Assembly: GCF_006345805.1 (NCBI RefSeq) | Contig: NW_021827495.1 | Location: 1-28,209, forward strand | DNA length: 28,209 bases | Reading direction: 5' to 3' | Source: Octopus sinensis | Taxonomy: Eukaryota | Shown: piece by piece, positions 19,808 through 28,209 of the stretch | Position numbering within the stretch: position 1 is the stretch's first letter | Layout: the number at the start of each line of letters is the position of its first letter | Notes under the pieces: generated by a model | What the model saw: only the letters and a program-made list of their open reading frames with translations | Database searches by the model: none | Told to the model about the DNA's origin: nothing | Position numbers and translations under genes: made by a program

Positions 19808-20189
19808 TTTCTCTTTCATTTCTATTATCTTGCAGCACTCCTAGATATTTTTACCCTTCATTATTTCACAGCGATCTAGTGATGTTTTGTGGTAATTTTA
19901 TGTCCGTACTGTGCTGTGAAGTCAAATTTTCTTTTTCAGGGTCGATAAATGACCAATCATGGACAATGGATTGGCAGAATTATTAGAGCATGGAACGGGA
20001 GACTTTGCAATCTCTGTCATAATTTTGTACTGTCTGAGTTCAGACCTCATCTGCTCTTATCAGATAAACAGATACCTCGGGACTCGTTTGAAAAGTTCTT
20101 AAGCAAGTGTCAAACGATTGTTCACTGTGATAGCACACCAGGCGACAGGAGGAAATATAAAGGGATTTTCGAGTATTGTCTTGGGCCTT

Positions 20190-20385
20190 AGAACTCATAG
20201 GGTCAGTTACCCGGGTTCCATGGCATATAAGTGACCGACATCACAACACTCCCTCTGAACCAGTCCATTGCAGGTTACCCTCTTACAGCTAAGTGAACTG
20301 GAGCAACATCAAATTAGTATTTTGCTCAAGAACTCAACGCACTACCTAGTCCAAGAATCAAAGCCACGTGCCTTCACCGTCACAC
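20190..20385 (-). mobile_element. SINE family C, degenerate
   Basis: Matches 2125-2352 ('ggtcagttacccgggttccatggcatataagtgaccg...aactggagcaac...agccacgtgccttc'). Confidence 0.75.
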
Positions 20386-22338
20386 ACACACACACACACA
20401 CACACCACACCACACACATAAATAGAACAAAAACGCAATAGAGGACAATAAAACCTCCAGACAGATCGACGATACAAAGGCGGACAGGAAAAACAACAAT
20501 TAGAAGGACAGGGAGAAAAACGACGGGTCATTTGTGGCCTTCTTTTGTCAGTCAAGTTACAAGATGTCTTTACAGTTTCGGGCAGTTACACTTGAGACTG
20601 TTCGATCTGGTTGCCCCACCAAAAGTCTAAGCTAAGAGCTTTAGATTTTTTTGTAAGAAAGTTAGCGAATGTGTACGACAACAAAGACGAAAAACGGAGA
20701 ACATGGTATACAGTTACAAATACAAACAAGAACATAACAACAGGTGTCTTTCGACGGAAGACGAATCAAATTAAGCTGGCTTATGTAAAGTGAAAACCTT
20801 AAGGCAGGAACAAGAAAGAAAGATCATGGCTGACCGAATACCGGTCACGTAGAAGGAGGAGAGAGGGGTAGGGGCAGCGGGATTGAAGGATTAGAAAAAT
20901 CAAAGAGACAAAGGGAAATGTACAGTGGAGATAAACGAGGAGGAAAAGTGGGAGTTAAAGAAAGAGAGAGCCAAGAAATGTGAGAGAGGGGGAGCGAGAA
21001 AAAGAAAAGAGGAAGAAAGTATGAAGGGGACTAAAAGATAGAGTAAAAGAATCGTAAAAAAATTAGATACATATTTACTGTAATGTGAGCAAAAGTGTAC
21101 GTACGCCGCTATATGTATATATAAATATTTAAAAAATGGAACAAAATCACAATAGAGGACTATAAGACATATATATATATATACACAAGCAAAGGCCTCT
21201 AATTTGCTTTAGATTTCTAGATGAAATGCAAGCTATTTCAACATTTTCGATGTTCCAAAGCTTCATTATCATATATTTAGTACAATACTAACAATAACAC
21301 GGCCAGATGAAGTAACTTAAGTCTAGGGACATCCTGTCTAGTGGACGTCTCACCGTGGTGCAATGCTAAGGTTTCAGCAATTTTAATCCCTAGGCGGAAT
21401 CGATTTCATTGATGAGCTGTGCGACTTTCAAAAGAATATGATTATTGAGTTTTTAATCCCGTCAGCTGTACTTTAAAGCGATTAGCTGGTTAATTTACAT
21501 TGGAATGGATTCAATAAGGAAATCTGAAGAAAGTCGAAGTAGTAGGAATTTTTTTCCTTCTTCATCTCATTCTTTAACACAACACAAATTTCAGAAACTA
21601 ATGTTGGATCGGTACAAAACTGAGAAGAAAAGCGATGAAGAATTTGAATGATTAGGATTTAATATCGATAATCAACTCTTGTGCACGGGTCAAATAAATA
21701 AATAGTATAAATAGAACTACAGTATTTCTATTAAATGCTCGCTTTCTCGTACTACAATTAGGGAATAAATTGCATTTTCTTGTCTTTCAAAGCGATGTTT
21801 ATTAAGACGTGAGGTCTTAAAAATGACATCTAGATAACGAATCGCTTTAGGATGGTTGTGGGACTTCATTTAACTAGGTTTGTTGAGAGCAAAACAAGTG
21901 TTAGGCAAACTAATTAATATCGTTAACAAGATTTCGTCCCCATGATTGAAACACTATGGAATAAATTTTATGGCGTGAGGAATAAACAAAAGAAAACTTA
22001 GTCTGTAAATGTGCGAGGCCAACTGTTGCGTCAATTCTTCAAATTTTCGATAATATGATTATCAAGTACATGTTAAAATTTTTATTAATGATTACATTGC
22101 CTTACGGTATAAAATTTATTCTGTCTTAAACTGTTTGACAACAGGATTTTGCTTCAATTGTATTTAATTAGATTACTATCACTCCCCACCCCTAAAAGAA
22201 ATATAAAGAAGGGTAGGGAAGAACTGGTAGAGTTGTTAGAGCGTTGGTTTGAACTTCTTGCAGTATTTGTTTCGGCTCTTTGAACTCCGTGTTCAAGTTT
22301 GGCCTTCATTGTTTTAAAGTTGATAAATTACCAGTTCA

Positions 22339-22635
22339 TTACCAGCGGATTAGCGGAATTGTTACAGAGGTTGATGAGATGTCTTGTAGTACTGCCCCGG
22401 TCGTCTGCTTTCTGAATTCCAATTCTGCCCCTATATAACTACCTCTCGTGGTGGGAAACGAATTCGTCGGGCCCTCAACGAATAGTGATAAACCTCCAAT
22501 GTAAGACAGTGCGATGCGTTGATTGGGGTGGAATGAGGACCCTGCACTAGAAAGGAGACATTCAAGCAAATCTTCCTTAATTAGAGAATAATCTAAGTTG
22601 TTCCAAAAGATCTTACGAACTCGCGTTTCTATCAA
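22339..22635 (-). CDS. Candidate coding exon, 98-aa high-complexity frame of unknown function
   Basis: Acceptor 'taattttcacAG' just before 22635. Frame LIETRVRKIFWNNLDYSLIKEDLLECLLSSAGSSFHPNQRIALSYIGGLSLFVEGPTNSFPTTRGSYIGAELEFRKQTTGAVLQDISSTSVTIPLIRW; possible donor GTAATG at 22342. The acceptor overlaps a decayed SINE head. Confidence 0.35.
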   Translation of the reverse strand: MIETRVRKIFWNNLDYSLIKEDLLECLLSSAGSSFHPNQRIALSYIGGLSLFVEGPTNSFPTTRGSYIGAELEFRKQTTGAVLQDISSTSVTIPLIRW

Positions 22636-22659
22636 CTGTGAAAATTATTACATCCCAAT

Positions 22660-22860
22660 TATGGGATGTATCTGTTCTATTTCACTGTGTGGCACTTTGT
22701 GCAAATTTCCTCTACCATAGTCTCGGGTTGACCGAGGTTTTTGAGTGAAACTGTCCGGAAGCCTGCCGGACGGGTTGTGCCTGTATTTTAAAGGCTCCTC
22801 TACACACTCGGTGCCACACTGGTTCAGCCCGAGAATTACATTAAGAGTACACGCAATTGG
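22660..22860 (+). mobile_element. Degenerate chimeric SINE (family A head segment plus family C body)
   Basis: 'cactgtgtggcactttgtgcaaatttcctctaccatagtctcgggttgaccg' matches family A; 'ttgtgcctgtattttaaagg...acattaagagtacacg' matches family C at 23970-24050. Confidence 0.6.
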
Positions 22861-22977
22861 AATTTTCAACGTGCTAATTCAATGAACAAATAGTTGAGTT
22901 GATCGTACAACTGAAAACTTATCATTATTTACATTATTTACATTTGACGGATATTTGTCCTCATCTTGTTTGTTATT

Positions 22978-23022
22978 ACACAACGCTTCGGCTGATATAC
23001 CCTCCAGCCTTCATCAGACTGT
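22978..23022 (-). ncRNA. Decayed minimal hammerhead ribozyme motif in a Penelope-like terminal fragment (22922-23022)
   Basis: Minus strand ACAGT-CTGATGA-A-GGCTG-GAGGGTATAT-CAGCC-GAAGC-GTT-GTGT: perfect 5-bp stem II, GAAAC mutated to GAAGC; downstream (TGTAAATAA)n-type tail. Confidence 0.7.
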
Positions 23023-23299
23023 ATGAAAACTTATCGTTGAAACCGACGGAGATCCCTAAAACAAAAGCGAGATAATCGAGAGGCCTGAACTGGAGATAGT
23101 TGATTGTTATCTCAAACTATGGAAGTGACGAAGTGGTCGAGTCTCTAAAGTGTCGAATAGGATATCTCGTAGTACTAGCTCCTGCGTTCTGCGTTCAAAT
23201 CTCACCTAAATCGTCTAAATGCCCAAGAGACGCCGTATGTCAGTCACAACGGCGTTTCTACAACTCCAGCTCACATGTTTATTGACAAAGAGTATAGTC

Positions 23300-23705
23300 G
23301 ATTGATTTTTACTTTTACTTGCTGTATCTAGAGGAAGGAACAGCGCCTATTATCTGAATAGGTCCTCCGAGACAGTCAGTTTGATGCTGTTAATGTTCCA
23401 TTTAAACTATTACAGGTCAGCTTCTGAAGGAAAGACATGAGAGGGGAGAAAATTCCACAGGGAAGATGTTTTGGGGAGGAAGGATTGAGCATAATTGTTA
23501 ACATGGGGCAGGAGTATTTGGATACAACAAGGATGACGAGAGGTGGAGAAACGAGTGATAGAGGTACGAAACCAGCCAGCTCAGCGGAACAGAAGCCATT
23601 ACAGCAGCGATAGCAAAGATAGAGAGAGGAGACAACCGGAGCGTATCGGTTTGTGACTGACTACCATATTGTTCAGTGGATTCTCAGGATTCGATCCCCA
23701 GTACA
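23300..23705 (-). mobile_element. CR1/L2/Jockey-group LINE ORF2 C-terminal remnant
   Basis: VSSLYLCYRCCNGFCSAELAGFVP / FSTSRHPCCIQILLPHVNNYAQSFLPKTSSLWNFLPSHVFPSEADL**FKWNIN matches the SF.PRT..LWN.LP..VFP..YDL..FK motif. Confidence 0.8.
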
Positions 23706-23826
23706 TGACTGTATATTTTCTTCTGAGATGCGTGGGTGCATGCGCACACAAGTTTTACAACCAATACAAGAAAAATTGTGTTGCAGAAATGGTTAATTGC
23801 CTAAGATAATATAGTGATTATTAATT

Positions 23827-24166
23827 GAGTGAAGGCGCGTGGCCAAGTGGTTAGGGTATTTGGATCACAATCGTAGGGTAGTGAGCTCGATTCCCGGTAG
23901 CTCGTTGTGTCCTTGAGCAAGTTACTTCATTTCACATTGCTCCAGTCCACTCAGCTGGCAATAATAAGTTGTGCCTGTATTTCAAAGGGCTAGCCTTGTC
24001 ACATTCTGTGTCATGCTGAATCTCTACTTGAGAACTACGTTAAAGGTATGCGTGTCTGTGGAGTGCTCAACCACTTGCACGTTAATTTCACGAGCAGGTT
24101 GTTCTATTGATCGGATCGACAGGAACCCTTGTCGTCATAACCGACGGAGTGCCATTCTTTTTATTT
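23827..24166 (+). mobile_element. Full-length tRNA-derived SINE family C
   Basis: A-box TGGCCAAGTGG, B-box-like GAGCTCGATTCC, 'gtgtccttgagcaagttacttcatttcac'; possible TSD attattaatt at 23817-23826 and 24167-24176. Confidence 0.88.
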
Positions 24167-24439
24167 ATTATTAATTATTATGCATTCAGTGCAATTTTAC
24201 TTTTATCTGATAGGAAAATCATTTGCATAACGTAAAAGTTTTGTACGCACTGACTTGTCAAATTTAAAGAGAAGGTACTTATGTTATCGACCCAGAGCGA
24301 TGAAAAGTCATTTTGAAATGGACTTTAAACTCAGAACAAATGTTGTTGACGTCTTAATTCGCCATAATCATTTTTGTCACTGTAGCGTAATCTACAAAAA
24401 ATAGAAGAGAAACAAACAAAAAACTCTACAATACCTTTT

Positions 24440-24674
24440 ACCTTTTACCTGTTTCAGTCACTAGACTGCTGCCATGCTGGAGCATCGCCTTGAAGCGTTT
24501 AGTCGAACAAATTAATCTCAGTACTTATATATTTTTACGTCTGACATTTATTGAATCGGTCACTTCTGGCCAAACCACCAAGCTACGGGGATATGAACAA
24601 CCCAACAACGCTCGTCAAGCGGTGAGGAGACAAAAGCAAAGGCACACACTATATATATATTTATTACACACACA

Positions 24675-24724
<50 letters not shown>

Positions 24725-24744
24725 TATATATGCTACATACACAT

Positions 24745-24794
<50 letters not shown>

Positions 24795-24915
24795 ACATAT
24801 ATACATACATATATATACTATATATATACATACATATATATACATATATATATATATACATGCATATATACATATACACACACGCACACACACACACACA
24901 CACACACTCATATAT

Positions 24916-24961
<46 letters not shown>

Positions 24962-25410
24962 ATATATATATACAGACATATATATACCGCACACATATAT
25001 TACACACATACATATATATACAAATACATGCATACATAATATCTATATCTATCTATCTATATATATAGATATATCTATATATAATATATATATCTATATA
25101 TCTTATATATATCTATATATATATATCTATATCTATATCTATATATATATCTATATATCTAATATATATATATAATATCTATATATATATATATATATCT
25201 ATATATATATATATATATTATATATATATATATATATTATATATATATATATATATATTATTACGGGATTCCACCACAGTTTCTGTCTACAAAATTCACA
25301 AACAAAGGCATTGTTCGCCAGAGAAGATATTTGCCCAAGGTGTCGTGGACTGAATCAGAAAAGATGTGGTTGCAAAGCGAACTCCTTGACCACACAGCCT
25401 TGTCTGTGCC
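24440..25410 (-). mobile_element. SINE family A whose internal microsatellite has expanded to about 620 bp (24640-25262)
   Basis: Tail half (cctgtttcagtcactagactgctgccatgctggagc) lies left of the TA field and head half (cagtttctgtctacaaaattcac...gcccaagg...ccacacagcc) lies right of it, in register with 6909-7334. Confidence 0.75.
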
Positions 25411-25489
25411 TAAAAAGTTATCCAGAACTAAATACCTAGAGGAAAAACAGTACATGGAAGGGTTGGTACTGTGAGCTTGTGTGACCCAG

Positions 25490-25665
25490 TGGTTAAGGCA
25501 GTTGTACTCAGGATCGTAAGATCGCAGTTTCCATTCCCGGACCAGGTGATGTGTTGCGTTCTTGAGCAAAACACTTTATTTCACGTTGCCCCAGTCCACT
25601 CAACCGTAAACGAGTGACCCTGCAACGGACTGGCATCCACATCATGGGGAGTGTTGTGATCCCAG
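25490..25665 (+). mobile_element. SINE family C, degenerate
   Basis: 'ccagtggttaaggcagttg...gcgttcttgagcaaaacactttatttcacgttgccccagtccactc'. Confidence 0.75.
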
Positions 25666-25693
25666 TCATTTAAATGCCATGGACAGTGACAGA

Positions 25694-25743
<50 letters not shown>

Positions 25744-25785
25744 GGTTGCTGCTGCTGCTACTACTACTACTACTACTGTTGCTGG

Positions 25786-25825
<40 letters not shown>

Positions 25826-25828
25826 GCT
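25694..25828. repeat. (CTA)n/(CTG)n trinucleotide microsatellite
   Basis: Direct inspection; explains the poly-S, poly-L and poly-T ORFs. Confidence 0.97.
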
Positions 25829-27543
25829 GCTAGAATTGGTACTAACGATGCAGTGAAAATTTATCAAGTTTAGTTGAAAATTACGACCCCATATGTGTTT
25901 GTGCTTGTGTGGTGTGTGTGTATTTTGTGTGTGTGAGTGTGTGTGTATTTTGTGTGTGTGTGTGTTGGAGCAATCATTCAAATAACTCAATTTCTAGCTG
26001 GAATACTGTTGATTTCATACTGAGGCACACGGCCGGAAATTATTTACTGAAGGCAATGAGTGAGTGACGTTCATGCCTCACCATGTCTTTCCCGAGTGTT
26101 AGATCGAGGAAGTTAGACTGGGCGTGTTAGATCTTAAAATACTTGCTATAGATGCAGCAACAACAGGGCCCAGGAGGGCCTGAATAATGCAATTTCATCA
26201 TATTTTAATAAGGATGAGGGTTCACTTATTCGGTGCAGTACCAGGGCCTATGAGCACGTAACGGTGGCCCAGGATACAAATTAAGTAACTGCATCCAAAA
26301 ATTGAACGCCTTTCGACAGGCGATGCATGAATCTTGATTAAGGTTTCAGGTCGGTAATTTACAATACGAATGGGGCAAATATTTGCAACCAGTAAGTATT
26401 TTATTTTTAAATATATTGCTAATGTAACTGGGAAATGGATGAAAGCCAGAACTGCACATTTCTTCTTCCAGTAAATCTGAGATGTCTTCTCTTTGCAAAA
26501 TACCAACGGAGAGCGCCTTACGTTGTCTAACATCCTGCTGTGAACGACAGACAAATCGCTCTCAAATTACACACTGCAATTTTTTAAAAGGAGGACATAT
26601 TGGATAACGTAATGTCAGTCTAGTCAGATGCGCATGCTCGAAAAAAGTGGAAGACAAAAATGAAAGACAAGTGGTCGTGGCTGTAGTACCTTTGATCATA
26701 TCTCTACTCAATTAGGGCTGACCTAGGGTTAAGGAACCACAGCCAGTAGTTATTTCTGTGATTAGGCATTGTGGTAGCAAGTGAAATAGGTATGAGTAAC
26801 AATTCTGGTCTTTATACTCTGACAAGTTACATAAAAATTTGCTGGAAAATTCCAGTGTTGTTAACACAAGATGTTTGACGACTCGTTCGGGGTTTAGCTC
26901 GGAGGATATTTCACAAGAAATTTTCGAGGTTTTACTCAAGGTCAAGCAAGGGTGCAAATTTGGCGCACATACGCACACACGCACACACACACACACACGC
27001 ACTCATAATGCTTTCACGCGGTTGTTTCTCAAATTCACTCACAAGGCGTTGGTCAGTCCGGAGGTTTTTGCAGAAAACACTTACCCAAGTTTCCCTGTTG
27101 TGGGATTGAACGCAAAACCTACACACATACACACACACACACACACGCACGCACACACACACACACATACACACACACACACACACATGCACACACATCC
27201 AATCACAGGTATGAACTAATGAGCGATTACTGAGGAAGGAAGACGAGTGGGAGGCGGGAAATAGTTTAGGAAGTACAGCGGCCGGGTAATGAAATGTGCG
27301 TGGGTGGAGAAGCGATTGAGAAAGAAATAATGAATAAATATACAAATAAATAAAATATGTAGTCAAAGCAAAAGGCAGACAAAAGGCAAACATATTGAAA
27401 TGAGTAAATAAAAGAATATTTTAGGGATGGTTTGGTGAGTGGGATTGTAACGGTAGGCTGAGGAAAAAGCGTGTAAGAAAAACAAAGGCAGGCGATACAT
27501 ATTAAAGCATATGGTGATGCATGTCATTGCTTTATGAAATAAC

Positions 27544-28209
27544 ATGGAAAGTTATTTAAGAACATGGACTACAAAGCAGTTGGCAAAAGCCACAGGGTGA
27601 GACTGAAAAATGAACTGAAAAATAGTGTTATATGAGTATTTTTTTTTAAAATAGAATATTAATACCGAGCGTTTATTTTATTGTTTAGAGGATTTATAAA
27701 TGGTCTACATAGAAAACTTAATCAAATGAATAAGGAAGAAGGAAGGTAAAAGAAAACGCAGGTAATTTTAATTTTTTAAGCTATTCAAGTATACTAATCA
27801 AGAGCGATTATGAATGGATTTGGTAACATATTTACTAAGAGGGTTAAACGTTTGTGAAATCGATCAGCTCTGTAAAGTTATCAGTAATCTCTGTTTTAAA
27901 ATAAATTTCTGAAGTTGGATGAAATATAACTAATATGTTTTATCGATCCATTTCTATAAAGATTTTTCATAGAACTGTTTTTTTAATACCTGGATATATA
28001 TCAAAAGATTTAACAGGGTGCAAAAAATCTGCCTCGGGTCTTATTCAATGAAAATGGCGATAGAAATAACTGAGAGTTTGAGAGTTAAAGCTAAAATTTA
28101 TAAGAACAATGTAGGTAGTGTAATCGTAAAGGGTGAAAAAACAAAAATGGACAGATTAAGGTTCGTTAGGACACAAATCAGAAGAAATAAGGAAGCATTT
28201 CTTCCATGT
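27544..28209 (+). CDS. Hypothetical spliced gene start (exons 27544-27596, 27689-27745, 28017-window end), unknown protein
   Basis: aacATGG start; donors GTGAGA (27597) and GTAAAA (27746); acceptors tttattttattgtttAG (27688) and gatttaacAG (28016). Both junctions are phase 2, giving 101 open codons MESYLRTWTTKQLAKATGGFINGLHRKLNQMNKEEGRVQKICLGSYSMKMAIEITESLRVKAKIYKNNVGSVIVKGEKTKMDRLRFVRTQIRRNKEAFLPC. Confidence 0.3.

Larger units (their letters stand above)
17940..19900 (-). mobile_element. 5'-truncated non-LTR retrotransposon of the R2/R4 group (Dong/R4-like) with CCHC finger and restriction-like endonuclease, interrupted by two SINE insertions
   Basis: After removing the SINEs: KYLGVLQ..MKEKVTREYKRRIRKILETKL..NTWAMPVLRYSAPFLKWTKAELQNL..HPKSNTDRLYLPRKEGARGL..LKQEIESLILAAREQAIGTN..RICRRGDESITHLLSEC..YKHRHDWVSKRVHW..KILWNFPI..IEARRPDMII..EKYQDLARELRKL..SARVLRK. 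Includes ORFs 18290-18784 and 19081-19302 of the track. Confidence 0.92.

Noticed and set aside
20560-20620. GGGCA...TGCCC-GAAAC hairpin on the minus strand within an interspersed repeat (about 20400-20860)
   Set aside because: The upstream core reads TTGGTGG rather than CUGANGA; no support for a ribozyme.
23226-23259. 11-bp GC-rich hairpin agagacgccgt-N12-acggcgtttct
   Set aside because: Isolated stem with no recognisable RNA family context or terminal motif; plausible by chance.

Overview
AT-rich, repeat-saturated metazoan DNA. The SINE families look like those of an octopus (cephalopod) genome; this is recognition from memory, not a database search. No identifiable host gene is present, and nearly all long ORFs in the track are microsatellite artefacts. 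Well-supported content: (i) many tRNA-derived SINEs of about four families, several with clear target-site duplications (TSDs) and some multimeric; (ii) LINE remnants: a 5'-truncated R4/Dong-like LINE with a restriction-like endonuclease split by two SINE insertions, RTE-like 3' ends and a CR1-group 3' end; (iii) DNA transposon remnants: a non-autonomous Helitron with intact termini, a decayed hAT with a CCAAT-repeat promoter-like region, and an internally deleted Tc1/mariner; (iv) two decayed minimal hammerhead ribozyme motifs of the Penelope-like-element type; (v) very long TA/CA and GATA microsatellite fields. A few repeat-free islands carry splice-bounded open frames that may be exons of unannotated genes (low confidence): a Walker-A-containing frame at 874-1164 (-), a 98-aa frame at 22339-22635 (-), and a phase-consistent three-exon model at 27544-28209 (+). 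I found no convincing novel multi-gene system. The best leads are the ribozyme relics and the orphan exon candidates.
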